This document shows, piece by piece, positions 39,835 through 50,628 of a stretch of 64,000 nt of DNA. The stretch's first letter is position 1. Every line of letters starts with the position of its first letter. Both the position numbers and the translations under genes were made by a program. A model generated the notes under the pieces. The model searched no databases, was not told the DNA's origin, and was given only the letters and a program-made list of their open reading frames with translations. Location of the stretch: assembly GCA_965199715.1 (NCBI GenBank), contig OZ241322.1, positions 448,001 through 512,000 of the forward strand, in the 5' to 3' direction. Source of the DNA: Vicinamibacteria bacterium (lineage in GTDB: Bacteria; Acidobacteriota; Vicinamibacteria; Marinacidobacterales; Marinacidobacteraceae).

Positions 39835-42540
39835 ATGCCCAACCTGGCGACCGAACCCGCGACGACCACCGGACTCGAGGAGGTTCCCCGGCGCGTCCCC
39901 GGCTCGGGAGCGGGCGAGGAAGGCGGACTACGGTTCGAGCGCTTCTTCACGACCCCCGCAACCTCCCCGTTCGACACGGTCGAATGGGAGCGGCGCGACG
40001 CCGTGATCACCGACGAGCACGGCAACGAGATCTTCGCCCAGCGCGGCGTGGAGTTCCCGAAAGCGTGGTCGCTCATGGCCACCTCGATCGTGGCCTCCAA
40101 GTACTTCCACGGATCGCTGGAGAAGGGTGAGCGCGAGTCGAGCGTGCGCCAGCTCGTGGGCCGGGTCGCCCGCCAGATCGCCCGGTGGGGCCGCGACGGC
40201 GGCTACTTCGCCGACGAAGAGTCGGCGACGACCTTCGAGGACGAACTGACCTGGCTGCTCCTCCACCAGCGGGCCGCGTTCAACTCCCCGGTCTGGTTCA
40301 ACTGCGGCGTCGAGGAAAGCCCGCAGTGCTCGGCGTGCTTCATCAACTCCGTCGAGGACACGATGGACTCCATCCTGACGCTCGCGCACACCGAGGGGAT
40401 GCTGTTCAAGTGGGGTTCGGGGACGGGCTCCAACCTCTCGGCGATCCGAAGCTCGCGGGAGTCGCTCTCGGGCGGCGGCATCGCGAGCGGCCCGGTGTCC
40501 TTCATGAAGGGCTTCGACTCGTTCGCCGGAGTGATCCGCAGCGGCGGCAAGACCCGCCGCGCCGCCAAGATGGTGATCCTGAACGTGGACCACCCGGACG
40601 TCCTCGACTTCATTGACTGCAAGTCGCGCGAGGAGCAGAAGGCCTGGGCGCTCATCGAGGCGGGCTACGACGGCTCCCTGAACGGCGCGGCCTACGCCTC
40701 CATCCAGTACCAGAACGCGAACCACAGCGTGCGCGTCAGCGACGCCTTCATGGAGGCCTGCGCCGCCGACGGCGCGTGGGAGACGCGGTCGATCACGAGC
40801 GGGGAGGTCATGGACCGGCTACGCGCCCGCGACGTGCTCCGCCGCATCGCCGAATCCACCCACGTGTGCGGGGATCCGGGGATGCAGTTCGACGACACGA
40901 TCAACCGCTGGCACACCTCGCCCAACAGCGGCCGCATCAACAGCTCGAACCCCTGCTCGGAGTACATGTACCTGGACGACTCCGCGTGCAATCTCGCGTC
41001 GCTGAACCTGATGCAGTTCCTCGACGACGTCGGGGAATTCGATACGCCAGCGTTCGAGAGCGCCGTGAACGTCCTGATCACCGGGATGGAGATCATCGTC
41101 GGGAACGCGAAGTACCCGACCGAGCGGATCCAGGCGAACTCGCACGCCTTCCGGCCGCTCGGACTCGGCTACGCGAACCTCGGCGCGCTCCTGATGCACT
41201 ACGGACTGCCCTACGACAGCGAGTCGGGGCGATCGCTCGCCGCGTCCATCACCTCGCTCATGACCGGCGCCGCGTACGGCCAGTCCGCGCGGATCGCGAC
41301 CGCAGTGGGCGTCTTCGACGGCTACCCCGAGAACCGCGAACCGTTCGGCGAGGTCATGCGGATGCACCGCAGCGCGGCGCACGACGTCCCCGAAGCCGGC
41401 GTGCCGCCGGACCTCCACCGCCGTAGCCGGGACGTATGGACCGAAACCATCGAGCTCGGCGACGCGGCCGGCTACCGGAACGGACAGGCCTCGGTCCTCG
41501 CGCCCACCGGCACCATCGGGCTGATGATGGACTGCGACACCACCGGCGTGGAGCCGGACCTCGCGCTCGTCAAGCACAAGAAGCTCATCGGCGGCGGCGT
41601 GATGCGCATCGTCAACCACACGGTCCCCGCCGCCCTCGCCCGCCTCGGCTACGGCCCGGCCGCCGCCGACGCGATCTGCCGCCACGTGGACGAACACGGG
41701 CACATCGAGGGGGCGCCCGGCCTCCGTCCGGACCACCTCGAGGTCTTCGACTGCGCCCTCAAGCCGACCGGCGGCTCCCGCTACATCCACCACATGGGCC
41801 ACGTGAAGATGATGGCCGCGGTCCAGCCGTTCCTCTCCGGCGCCATATCCAAGACGGTGAACATGCCGGAGGACAGCACCGTGGAGGAGATCGAGCGCGC
41901 CTACGACGCCGCCTGGAAGCTCGGCGTGAAGGCCATCGCCATCTACCGCGACGGCAGCAAGCGGGCGCAGCCGCTGAACCAGGGCAAGGAAGAGGCCGCT
42001 CCGACGACGGCGGCGGCTTTCGAGGGCGAAATCCTGCCCCCGGAGCGCGACGCCGTCATCCACAAATTCGACATCGGCGGGCACAAGGGATACCTCACCG
42101 TCGGCCTCCGGCCCGACGGCACGCCCTGCGAGATCTTCCTGCGCATGGCGAAGGAGGGCGCCTTCGTTTCCGGCATCATGGATTCGTTCGCCCGCTCGAT
42201 CTCGTACAACCTGCAGTACGGCGTCCCGCTGCGCGTTCTGGTGGAGAAGTTCTCCCACACCCGGTTCGAGCCCTCGGGATACACCGGCAACCCGGAGATC
42301 CCCCACGCGGACTCGATCACCGACTACATCTTCCGCTGGCTCGAGCTGCGCTTCCTCCAGGACGAGGACGAGGCGCCCGAGCCCGTCCGGGCGAAGCGGC
42401 CCCCCGGACGGGAGCGGATCCCCCAGCCGTCGGCCGTGTTCGCCGACGCTCCGCCGTGCTCGACCTGCGGCGCTCTCATGGTCCGCAGCGGCACCTGCTT
42501 CAAGTGCCTGAACTGCGGCGCGACTTCGGGCTGCTCCTGA
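39835..42540 (+). CDS. nrdJ: Vitamin B12-dependent (class II) ribonucleotide reductase
   Basis: FNSPVWFN, PQCSACFI, GGKTRRAAKM, NPCSEY, APTGTI, SGAISKTVN, YRDG, C-terminal TSCPD and Zn ribbon. Confidence 0.95.
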   Translation: MPNLATEPATTTGLEEVPRRVPGSGAGEEGGLRFERFFTTPATSPFDTVEWERRDAVITDEHGNEIFAQRGVEFPKAWSLMATSIVASKYFHGSLEKGERESSVRQLVGRVARQIARWGRDGGYFADEESATTFEDELTWLLLHQRAAFNSPVWFNCGVEESPQCSACFINSVEDTMDSILTLAHTEGMLFKWGSGTGSNLSAIRSSRESLSGGGIASGPVSFMKGFDSFAGVIRSGGKTRRAAKMVILNVDHPDVLDFIDCKSREEQKAWALIEAGYDGSLNGAAYASIQYQNANHSVRVSDAFMEACAADGAWETRSITSGEVMDRLRARDVLRRIAESTHVCGDPGMQFDDTINRWHTSPNSGRINSSNPCSEYMYLDDSACNLASLNLMQFLDDVGEFDTPAFESAVNVLITGMEIIVGNAKYPTERIQANSHAFRPLGLGYANLGALLMHYGLPYDSESGRSLAASITSLMTGAAYGQSARIATAVGVFDGYPENREPFGEVMRMHRSAAHDVPEAGVPPDLHRRSRDVWTETIELGDAAGYRNGQASVLAPTGTIGLMMDCDTTGVEPDLALVKHKKLIGGGVMRIVNHTVPAALARLGYGPAAADAICRHVDEHGHIEGAPGLRPDHLEVFDCALKPTGGSRYIHHMGHVKMMAAVQPFLSGAISKTVNMPEDSTVEEIERAYDAAWKLGVKAIAIYRDGSKRAQPLNQGKEEAAPTTAAAFEGEILPPERDAVIHKFDIGGHKGYLTVGLRPDGTPCEIFLRMAKEGAFVSGIMDSFARSISYNLQYGVPLRVLVEKFSHTRFEPSGYTGNPEIPHADSITDYIFRWLELRFLQDEDEAPEPVRAKRPPGRERIPQPSAVFADAPPCSTCGALMVRSGTCFKCLNCGATSGCS

Positions 42541-42544
42541 TCGG

Positions 42545-43837
42545 TCAGGCGGCGAGCGTCCCGACCGCGACGCCGCCGCCGTCGGTCGCGTGGATCCGGA
42601 CCGACTCGATCCGGTTCTCGAGCGGCGCGTCCGCGACCGCCGCGACCCGAAGATAGGAGTCGGTCAGCCCGGTCCACCGGCCGGCCGCGTCCCGCTGCTC
42701 GAATAGAACCTCGACCGTCCGGCCGACGTGGGCTCCGGCGAAGGCCTCGCGCCGCCGGTCCGACAGTTCCCGAAGCCAGCGGCTCCTCGAGGCGATCTCC
42801 TCGGGAGGGACCTGCCCGGGCAATCCCGCCGCCCGGGTTCCGGCGCGCGGCGAGTAGCTAAAGACGTGGTAGTAGGCGAAGGGCATCTCCCCGAGCCAGT
42901 CGCAGGTCTCCTCGAAGTCGGCCCGGGTCTCGCCCGGATACCCCACGATCACGTCGGTGCCGAGCCCGAGTCCGGGGACCAGCGCCGCCGCGCGCTCCAC
43001 GAACCTGCGGTATTCGTCCGCCGCATACTTGCGCCCCATCGCGGCGAGGACCCGGTCCGAACCCGACTGAACCGGCAGGTGCAAGTAGCGGCACAGCTTC
43101 CCGCCCTCCCCCATGTGCTCGAGCAGGCGATCCTCCACCGTCGTCGGCTCGATCGACGTGATCCGGACCCGGTCGAGCGCGGGAATCTCCTCGAGCCGCC
43201 GGGCCACGTCGGCGAGCGTCCGGCCGCCGCTTCGGTAGCGCCCGATGTTCACTCCGGTGAGCACCAGTTCCCGGTGTCCGGCGACGGTCAGCTCGGCGGC
43301 CTCGCGGACGAGGTCGGGAAATCGGCGGCTCCGCTCCCGGCCCCGCGTGAAGGGAATGATGCAAAAGCCGCAGAAGAAGTCGCACCCGTCCTGCACCTTC
43401 AGGTTCGCCCGGGTGGAGTCGTAGCGCCCGGTGGAGGGAACCTCGAACTCCTCGCGCGAGATTCGGGCGGAGTGCAGCACGACCGGCTCGGACAGCTTCC
43501 GCGGCCGGTCGAGGTAGTCGGGAAACGCGTTCTTGAACTCGCTTCCGACGATCATGTCCACACCGGGAATCTCCCGCAGCGCGTCGAGGCCCGACTGCGC
43601 GTAGCACCCGGTCACGACCACGAACGCCTGCGGCGACTTCCGCAAGGCGCGACGCACCGTGTTGCGGCAATGCGCCTCGGCCCGGTGGGTCACCGAGCAG
43701 GTGTTGATGACGACGAGATCCGCCGCCGAGCCGAACGGCACGATGCGATAGCCCTTGGCCTCGAACTGCCCGGCCCACCCCGCCGCCTCCGTGTGGTTCA
43801 GTCGGCAACCGAGCGAGGCGAAGGCGGCGCGCGGCAC
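42545..43837 (-). CDS. mtaB: tRNA t6A37 methylthiotransferase (radical SAM)
   Basis: LGCRLN, INTCSVT, TGCYAQ, KVQDGCDFFCGFC, SIEP, YSPRAGT. Confidence 0.9.
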   Translation of the reverse strand: MPRAAFASLGCRLNHTEAAGWAGQFEAKGYRIVPFGSAADLVVINTCSVTHRAEAHCRNTVRRALRKSPQAFVVVTGCYAQSGLDALREIPGVDMIVGSEFKNAFPDYLDRPRKLSEPVVLHSARISREEFEVPSTGRYDSTRANLKVQDGCDFFCGFCIIPFTRGRERSRRFPDLVREAAELTVAGHRELVLTGVNIGRYRSGGRTLADVARRLEEIPALDRVRITSIEPTTVEDRLLEHMGEGGKLCRYLHLPVQSGSDRVLAAMGRKYAADEYRRFVERAAALVPGLGLGTDVIVGYPGETRADFEETCDWLGEMPFAYYHVFSYSPRAGTRAAGLPGQVPPEEIASRSRWLRELSDRRREAFAGAHVGRTVEVLFEQRDAAGRWTGLTDSYLRVAAVADAPLENRIESVRIHATDGGGVAVGTLAA

Positions 43838-43889
43838 CCGGATATTCTAGGAGCGTCATGCATCGACGCTCCGGAACCGGAATCTGACC

Positions 43890-45656
43890 ATGGACGAACT
43901 CGGTCTCGCGCTCGTCGCCCTCACGCCCATCGCCGTGGTGGCGTTCTTCCTGGTCCTGCTTCGCTGGCCGGCGTCGCGGGCGATGCCGCTCAGTTGGCTC
44001 GCCGCCGCCGCGCTCGCGCTCACCGTGTGGGGCGTGCCGGGGATGCGCATCGCCGCCGCCTCCATCAATGGCCTCATCGTCGCGCTGACGCTTCTGTACA
44101 TCATCTTCGGGGCGCTGCTGCTGCTCCACACGCTGCGAGAGAGCGGGGCCCTTCGGGTGATCCGGCAGGGCTTCGTGGGCATCAGCCCCGACCGCCGCGT
44201 CCAGGTGATCCTGATCGCGTGGCTCTTCGGGGCCTTCATCGAGGGTTCGGCCGGATTCGGGACCCCGGCGGCGGTCGCGGTGCCGCTGCTCGTGGGCCTC
44301 GGATTTCCGCCGCTCGCCGGGGTCGTCGCCGGGATGCTCATCCAGAGCACCCCGGTCTCGTTCGGCGCCGCCGGGACCCCGATCCTCGTGGGGGTTTCGA
44401 ACGGTCTCGCCGGGGACGCGGCGGTCGCGGCGTGGCAGTCCGGGCTGGGACTCGCCGAGTGGAGCGACCTCATGGCGTTCCTCGGGCTCCGGGTGGCCAT
44501 CCTCCACGCCGTCGCCGGGACGCTCGTGCCGCTGATCGTCGTGGCCACCATGACCCGCTTCTTCGGCGCGAACCGCAGCTTCCGCGAGGGGCTCGCCGTC
44601 TGGCGTTTCGCGCTCTTCGCCGCGGTCGCCATGACCGGGCCCTACCTGCTCACCGCGTGGCTGCTCGGTCCGGAATTCCCCTCGCTTTTCGGCGGGCTCG
44701 CCGGACTCGCGATCACCATCGCGGCGGCCCGGCGCGGGCTCTTCATGCCGCCGGTCTCCAGGCCGTGGGACTTCCCGGCGAAGTCCACCTGGGACAAGGA
44801 GTGGACCAGCGATCGGGCGACGGCCGAGGACGGCGGACCCGCCGAGACGCGGATGGGGCCGGTCCGGGCGTGGATTCCCTACGCGGTCGTCGGGCTGCTG
44901 CTTCTCGTCACGCGCCTTCCCGCGCTCCCGCTCAAGGACGCGCTCTCCGGGGTCGTGATCGCGTGGAGGGACATCCTCGGGAGCGGAATCGACGCGAGCT
45001 TCGCCCCGCTGTTCCTTCCCGGCGCGATGTTCATCGCCGCCGCCGCCGTCGCCTTCGTCGCGCACCGGATGAACTCGCGGCAGATGGGGCGGGCGCTCTC
45101 GCACTCGCTGCGGAGCACCGCGATGGCCTCGGTCGCGCTCGTGTTCACCGTGCCCATGGTGCAGGTGTTCCTGAACACCGCGGACGGTGCGGCCGGCCTC
45201 CCGCCGATGCCGATCGCGCTGGCCGAAGGAGCCGCGGCGCTCGCCGGCGGCGCCTGGCCGTTCTTCGCCCCGTTCATCGGGGGGATCGGGGCGTTCGTCG
45301 CCGGAAGCAACACGGTGAGCAACATGATGTTCTCGCTGTTCCAGTTCGGGGTCGGCGAGCGACTCGGGCTGGATCCGGGCTGGGTCGTCGCGCTCCAGGC
45401 CGTCGGGGGGGCCGCCGGGAACATGGTCTGCGTCCACAACGTGGTCGCGGCGTCCGCGGTGGTCGGCCTGATCGGGCGCGAGGGAGCGGTCATCCGCCGG
45501 ACGCTCGTCCCCTTCGCCTACTACGCGCTGCTGCCGGGCGCCCTCGGCTACTCGATCCTGTGGTCCGGAAGCAGCGGCCTCCTGAACGCCGGGACGGTGG
45601 TCGTCGCCCTGATCGCGGCGTTCGCCGCGTGGTTTGTGATCCGGGGAACGCGCTAG
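43890..45656 (+). CDS. L-lactate permease family transporter
   Basis: [45 protein letters not shown]; many TM helices. Confidence 0.9.
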   Translation: MDELGLALVALTPIAVVAFFLVLLRWPASRAMPLSWLAAAALALTVWGVPGMRIAAASINGLIVALTLLYIIFGALLLLHTLRESGALRVIRQGFVGISPDRRVQVILIAWLFGAFIEGSAGFGTPAAVAVPLLVGLGFPPLAGVVAGMLIQSTPVSFGAAGTPILVGVSNGLAGDAAVAAWQSGLGLAEWSDLMAFLGLRVAILHAVAGTLVPLIVVATMTRFFGANRSFREGLAVWRFALFAAVAMTGPYLLTAWLLGPEFPSLFGGLAGLAITIAAARRGLFMPPVSRPWDFPAKSTWDKEWTSDRATAEDGGPAETRMGPVRAWIPYAVVGLLLLVTRLPALPLKDALSGVVIAWRDILGSGIDASFAPLFLPGAMFIAAAAVAFVAHRMNSRQMGRALSHSLRSTAMASVALVFTVPMVQVFLNTADGAAGLPPMPIALAEGAAALAGGAWPFFAPFIGGIGAFVAGSNTVSNMMFSLFQFGVGERLGLDPGWVVALQAVGGAAGNMVCVHNVVAASAVVGLIGREGAVIRRTLVPFAYYALLPGALGYSILWSGSSGLLNAGTVVVALIAAFAAWFVIRGTR

Positions 45657-47710
45657 GGGAGCAGCGAACGGCCGTCCATCGATTCGGGAACGGCCACGCC
45701 CAGCAATTCGAGCGCCGTCGGGGCCACGTCCCGCAGGCGCGCTCCGCCCCTCAGCGCGAAGTTCGCGAGCACGACGCCGTCCACGTCCTCCATGGAGCAG
45801 TGGTCGCCGCTCCAGTCGTCGAGGTTCGGAGTGATCGGGTCGGCCGGCATCCCCCCGAGCGTGCTCTGCCAGCCGATGCGGTAGCCGGGCGCGAGGCCGA
45901 GGATCAGGTCGGGCGCCTCCTCGAGGAAATCCCCCTCGTATACGTCCTCGCGCCGATGGACGCTGCGCACGATGCGCTCGCCGGTCTCGGGATCCTCGAA
46001 CGCCAGCAGATCCGCGACGAGCCGCGAGACGAGCGCGTCCCGTTCCGCGCCGGGCGCGACGATCCCGGCGGGCTCCCTGCCCCGCTGGTTCAAGTAGATC
46101 CCCGAGAGCCCCAGCGCGAACGCCTCGGTCCGCGACCAGTCCACTCCCTCGAAGAAGAGCGAGCCGGGCCGGAAGAGGTCCTCCAGCCGCCGCTCCGCCC
46201 CGTCGCCGGCCGCGGCCATGTAGCCGTTTTGGGCCAGCCAGGTGTTCACGTTGAACTGCTTGCGGAACGAGTGGAAGCCGTGGTCGGACACGACGAGGAT
46301 CCGAGTCCCCGGCGGCGCGGCGGCGGTCGCCTCGCCCACGATCCGGTCCATGTCCCGGTACGCCCCGGCGATCCCCTCGCCGAGGAAGGCGCGCTCGGGA
46401 TCGTGGTTCGGATGGTCGGGATCGGCGAACCGGTAGAGCATGTGCTGGAGCCGGTCGGGGAACAGGAAGACCGAGACGAGCAGGCGCCAGTCGGTCCCGC
46501 CGAGCTGGTCCATGAGCAGCCGCTCGTTCGTCTCCCGAGCGAAGCGCGCGTCCTCGAGGAACGCCTCGATGGGCACGGCGCCGTCCCGCAGCGGATTCGT
46601 GACGATCTTCCAGCCGATCGTCTCGAAGACGCCGTTGCGCTCGGCGAGCTCGCCGGCGAAGGACCGGGGCCACGAGAGCGGGAGCAGCGATGGAATCCGC
46701 CGCGGGTCGAAGTTGATGGGCTCCATGTACACGGAAAGATTCGGCTCCGTCTCGAGCAGCCGGAACCGGACGGTCCCAAAGAGGCGCACCAGCGGGTTGA
46801 GCGCGAAGCGAACCGGAACGAAGTCGGACCACGCGTGCGGCTCGAGGCGGATCTCGTGGTCCTGCACCGAGATCGAGACGCCGCTTCCGCTGCGGGCGAA
46901 GCGAATCGGAATCTCGAGCTCCGGCTGGGCGGACTCGGTGAAGTCCCGCGGCCCCCGGATCACGCTGTCCGCGACCCCGTCCGCAAAACGCAGCGGGAAG
47001 CGGGTTCCCCCGGTCTCGGTGGTGGCCTCCTCGACGAGGTCCGAGGTGTAGAGCGACCACAGCCCGAACGAGCGCCGGACGTCGGGGACGCCGAACCCGG
47101 CGAGCACCTTCGACCCGTCCGACCGCTCCACCGGAAAGTCCATGGGCGCGGAAAGCGCCACCGTCGGAACGCCGGCCTCGCCGGCGAGCTTCCAGAAGGA
47201 GTGCCCCTCCCGGCTGCGCACCGCTTCGGGAACCCACCGCGGCGTCCACCACGAACCGCCGAACGCGACCGCCGCCAGCGCGAGCCCGACCAGGCCGGCC
47301 CAGCGCCGCCAGCGGAACGCGAGTCCGGCGAGGACGAGCAGGAGCGCGACCACGGCGATCCGAACGCCGAGGCCGGGCAGCGCGCGCTGCGACTCCCGCA
47401 CCAGCGCGATCCGGGGCGCGTAGCCGCCCGGGGTCTTCTCGAGGAAATCGAAAATGCGGGTCCGGCCCGGATTCATGCCCGTGGCGAAGGTGGCCCACGC
47501 CACCGGAGACTCGGAGGGCGTGGTGGTCCCGAGCGCGGCGAACGTCCCCTCCTCGGCGAGCCGCGCCAGATGCGGAAGCTCGCCCGCCTCGATCAGAGTC
47601 GCCACCACGTCCGGGTCGGCGCCGTCGAACCCAAGGACCAGCAGCCGCTCCTCCGCCCCCGCGCTCGCCGCCGCCAGGAGCCCCAGCGCGAAGCCGACCC
47701 GGTTGACCAT
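45653..47710 (-). CDS. Alkaline-phosphatase-superfamily (type I phosphodiesterase / NPP-like) protein
   Basis: [41 protein letters not shown]. Confidence 0.85.
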   Translation of the reverse strand: MVNRVGFALGLLAAASAGAEERLLVLGFDGADPDVVATLIEAGELPHLARLAEEGTFAALGTTTPSESPVAWATFATGMNPGRTRIFDFLEKTPGGYAPRIALVRESQRALPGLGVRIAVVALLLVLAGLAFRWRRWAGLVGLALAAVAFGGSWWTPRWVPEAVRSREGHSFWKLAGEAGVPTVALSAPMDFPVERSDGSKVLAGFGVPDVRRSFGLWSLYTSDLVEEATTETGGTRFPLRFADGVADSVIRGPRDFTESAQPELEIPIRFARSGSGVSISVQDHEIRLEPHAWSDFVPVRFALNPLVRLFGTVRFRLLETEPNLSVYMEPINFDPRRIPSLLPLSWPRSFAGELAERNGVFETIGWKIVTNPLRDGAVPIEAFLEDARFARETNERLLMDQLGGTDWRLLVSVFLFPDRLQHMLYRFADPDHPNHDPERAFLGEGIAGAYRDMDRIVGEATAAAPPGTRILVVSDHGFHSFRKQFNVNTWLAQNGYMAAAGDGAERRLEDLFRPGSLFFEGVDWSRTEAFALGLSGIYLNQRGREPAGIVAPGAERDALVSRLVADLLAFEDPETGERIVRSVHRREDVYEGDFLEEAPDLILGLAPGYRIGWQSTLGGMPADPITPNLDDWSGDHCSMEDVDGVVLANFALRGGARLRDVAPTALELLGVAVPESMDGRSLLP

Positions 47711-47741
47711 CGCGGGGAATCTACCGCGGTAGAATTTCGTC
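47711..47741. promoter_or_regulatory. Bidirectional leaderless promoter within palindrome TCTACCGCGGTAGA
   Basis: TAGAAT (+, 47730-47735) lies 6 nt before GTG 47742; TAGATT (-, 47718-47723) lies 7 nt before ATG 47710; no SD. Confidence 0.7.
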
Positions 47742-49025
47742 GTGTACAAGTTCGGCCTTCTCGCGGCGTGCCTCCCCGCGCTCGCCTTCGCCCAGGAACC
47801 GGAGGTCGAACTTCGCTTCGCCGACGAATTGGAGGCCATCCGCGACGATCCGCGGGTGCGCGCCGCGCTCGACGAGGTGCTCGCGATGGATGCGGACAAC
47901 GAGTCGCTCCTCATCGAGTTGACCGAGATCCCGGCGCCCCCGTTCATGGAGGAGGTGCGGGCGGCGCACTACCTCGGACTCGTGCGCGAGGCCGGCTTCG
48001 AGGGCGAACTGGACGAGATCGGCAACGTCCTCGCCCGGATCGAGGGGACGGTCGGCGACCGGACGATCGCCGTGGTCGCCCACCTCGACACGGTGTTCCC
48101 CGAGGGCACCGACGTGACCGTCCGCCGCGACGGCGACAAGCTCATGGCCCCGGGAATCGCCGACGACACGCGGGGTCTCGTGACCATGCTCACGACCATG
48201 AAACTGCTCGACCGCCACGGCCTCAAGACCCGGGACGACGTCCTCTTCGTGGGTTCCGTGGGCGAGGAGGGGCTCGGCGACCTGCGCGGCGTGAAGCACC
48301 TCTTCCGGAAAGGCGGCCCGTCCATCGACGCATTCATCGCGATCGACGGGACGAGCAACACCCGGGTGCTGAACCACGCCATCGGCAGCCACCGCTACCG
48401 CGTGACCTTCCTCGGTCCCGGCGGCCACTCGTGGGGCGCGTTCGGCCTCGGCAACCCGGCGCACGCGCTTTCGCGCGCGGTGAAGCTGTTCGACGACCGC
48501 GCCGGCGAGTACGTCACCGCGGGCGACAAGACGACCTACAACATCGGGCGGATCGGCGGCGGCACCTCGGTGAACTCAATCCCGTTCGAGACGTGGATGG
48601 AGGTGGACATGCGGTCCATGGCGCCGGCCCGGCTTCAGGAGATCGACGCCATCTTCCAAGGCGCCATGAAGGACGCGCTCGAGGAGCAGAACGCGCTGCG
48701 GCGCGACGGCGAGGAGCTGACCGTCGATATCGACATGATCGGCAACCGTCCCTCGGGGATCGTGCCCGCGGACGCGCCGCTGATCCAGCGCGCGCTGGCG
48801 GCGACCCTCGCCGTCGGGGCAGAACCCGAGTTCAGCATGGGATCCACCGATTCGAACGTGCCCATCTCGCTTGGGATTCCGGCCACGACGATCGGCAGCG
48901 GCGGCGAGGGATTCGGGGCGCACTCGCTCCACGAGTGGTGGGCGAACCGGGACGGACACCTCGGCATCCAGAAGGCGATCCTGCTGGTGCTCGCCGAGGC
49001 CGGCTTCGAGCCCGAGTCCCGCTAG
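47742..49025 (+). CDS. Exported M20/M25/M40-family metallopeptidase
   Basis: Signal peptide, AHLDTVF, PGIADD, GEEGLGDLRG, GGHSWG, STDSN, AHSLHEW. Confidence 0.9.
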   Translation: MYKFGLLAACLPALAFAQEPEVELRFADELEAIRDDPRVRAALDEVLAMDADNESLLIELTEIPAPPFMEEVRAAHYLGLVREAGFEGELDEIGNVLARIEGTVGDRTIAVVAHLDTVFPEGTDVTVRRDGDKLMAPGIADDTRGLVTMLTTMKLLDRHGLKTRDDVLFVGSVGEEGLGDLRGVKHLFRKGGPSIDAFIAIDGTSNTRVLNHAIGSHRYRVTFLGPGGHSWGAFGLGNPAHALSRAVKLFDDRAGEYVTAGDKTTYNIGRIGGGTSVNSIPFETWMEVDMRSMAPARLQEIDAIFQGAMKDALEEQNALRRDGEELTVDIDMIGNRPSGIVPADAPLIQRALAATLAVGAEPEFSMGSTDSNVPISLGIPATTIGSGGEGFGAHSLHEWWANRDGHLGIQKAILLVLAEAGFEPESR

Positions 49026-49027
49026 CG

Positions 49028-49324
49028 GTGTCCTCCTGCGAGTTCGATTTCCGGCTCGAGGTTCCGGCCGCGTCGCTGCTCGAGGCGATGCGTCGCGACT
49101 TCGCCCGGTTCGGCGGCGCCGTGACCGGGGCGACGGAGTCCGGCGGCTACGGCGAGTTCACCTTGCCGACGCCCATCGGGGAGTTCGCCGGGGTCTTCCA
49201 GGTCGCGGACCGGGACGGCGGCTGCGACGTGCGCATCGAGGTGGAGGGCAAGCCGCTCTTCGTCACCTGCGGCATGATCGGCGAGCACCTCAGGCGGCGG
49301 CTGCGCAAGGCGGCCGCCGCCTGA
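49028..49324 (+). CDS. Small hypothetical protein (98 aa)
   Basis: GTG 2 nt after the peptidase stop; globular-looking sequence with two Cys (SCEFDF...KPLFVTCGMI). Confidence 0.65.
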   Translation: MSSCEFDFRLEVPAASLLEAMRRDFARFGGAVTGATESGGYGEFTLPTPIGEFAGVFQVADRDGGCDVRIEVEGKPLFVTCGMIGEHLRRRLRKAAAA

Positions 49325-49328
49325 GGAC

Positions 49329-50207
49329 TCAGCGGCGGGCGACCGGGTTCTCGAGAACTCCGACGGTCTCGACCTCGACCGAGACCATGTCGCCCTCGCT
49401 CATCGCCTGCGTGGTTCCCGGGGTGCCGGTGAAGATGACGTCTCCGGGCGCGAGCGTCACGTAGCGGCTCAGGTAGCTCACGATCGTCGCGCAGTCGAAG
49501 ATCAGGTCGCTCGTCCGCTGCTCCTGAACGACCTCGCCATTCAGACGGGTGGTCAGCAGCACGTCGTCGCAGTCCGCGCCCCGTGAAATGACCGGGCCAA
49601 TCGGCCCGTAGGTGTCCGACGCCTTCGCCCGGAACCACTGGAGGTCGGCCCCCTGCCAGTCCCGCTCGCTCACGTCGTTTCCGGCCGTGATGCCGAACAC
49701 GTGATCAAGCGCGTCGGCCTCGGACACGTCCCGGGCCTCCTTCCCGATCACGATGACCATCTCGCCCTCGTAGTGGACGTTCCCCGCGTCCCCAGTCATT
49801 TCGATCGCGTCGCCGGGCCCCACGATGCTGGTCGGGAGCTTCGCGAACACGCCGGGATACGCCGCCGGCTCGCGCCCGCCGAGATGCGAGGCGTAGTTCA
49901 GCCCGATGGCGATCACCTTGCCCGGCATCGCCGGGGCGAGCATCCGGGCCGAGGACCCAGCGAGCCGTTCGCCGGTGGGGGCTCCGCCCTCCCACGGGGC
50001 GGCGTGCAGCACGACGACCTCCTCGCCTTCCATGCGGCCCCACATCGCGTCGCTCGAAGCGCCGGCGACCCTGACGTAGTGGCCGTCAGGCTGATCGTCC
50101 ACGGCGACGGGCATGGGGCCCTGCATCTCCGGCCCTTCGGAATCCATGGGCGCGCCGCAGCCAAGGGCGCCGAGCGCGGCAATCAGGAACAGCGGGCGAA
50201 GACGCAT
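49329..50207 (-). CDS. Fumarylacetoacetate-hydrolase-family protein with lipoprotein-like signal peptide
   Basis: KVIAIGLNY, HYEGE, GNDVSERDWQ, KASDTYGP, PGDVIFTGTPG; N-terminal LGALGC; GGAGG SD. Confidence 0.88.
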   Translation of the reverse strand: MRLRPLFLIAALGALGCGAPMDSEGPEMQGPMPVAVDDQPDGHYVRVAGASSDAMWGRMEGEEVVVLHAAPWEGGAPTGERLAGSSARMLAPAMPGKVIAIGLNYASHLGGREPAAYPGVFAKLPTSIVGPGDAIEMTGDAGNVHYEGEMVIVIGKEARDVSEADALDHVFGITAGNDVSERDWQGADLQWFRAKASDTYGPIGPVISRGADCDDVLLTTRLNGEVVQEQRTSDLIFDCATIVSYLSRYVTLAPGDVIFTGTPGTTQAMSEGDMVSVEVETVGVLENPVARR

Positions 50208-50235
50208 GCGGGAGACCTCCGAAAGGCCGAGGGTA

Positions 50236-50628
50236 TCAGCCGCCGGGCGCGCACTCGCGGGAACGATTCCGGGCCACCACCTCGTAGGCAAGCGCCTCCA
50301 GCGCGAGCAGCGGCGGAACCGCGAAGGCGAGGATCGCCCCCGCCCGCAACAGCCATCCGCCGACCCCGCCGGGGCGAGCGGCGAGCAGGAAGCGATTCAC
50401 CGCGAGCGCCCCGCCCCAGACCCGTCCTCCGGGGATCGCGAAACGAAGACGGCGTTCGCAGTCGGCGCGGCTCAGCCCGAGCGCCGCGAGCTCCGCGTCG
50501 GCGCACTCCTGAAACGCAGCGAAACGCACCCGACCTGAACCGTCAAGCCGGGCCGCCGTCCGCACGGCCCGATTGCAGAATCCGCAGCCGCCGTCGTAGA
50601 TGAGAAGTGGCTGACCGCCCGGCCTCAC
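50236..50628 (-). CDS. DCC1-like (DUF393) thiol-disulfide oxidoreductase
   Basis: LIYDGGCGFC DxxCxxC motif and Y..VARNR C-terminus. Confidence 0.85.
   Translation of the reverse strand: MRPGGQPLLIYDGGCGFCNRAVRTAARLDGSGRVRFAAFQECADAELAALGLSRADCERRLRFAIPGGRVWGGALAVNRFLLAARPGGVGGWLLRAGAILAFAVPPLLALEALAYEVVARNRSRECAPGG

Noticed and set aside
39835-42540. Intein or intron in nrdJ
   Set aside because: Motifs are collinear at normal spacing and no splicing motifs were seen.
42728-49324. 2198-aa ORF and other very long ORFs (e.g. 9034-12756, 18910-22560, 4010-7042)
   Set aside because: Arg/Gly/Pro/Ala-rich shadow frames of real genes, expected at this GC content; only the last 98 codons of the 2198-aa frame look genuine.
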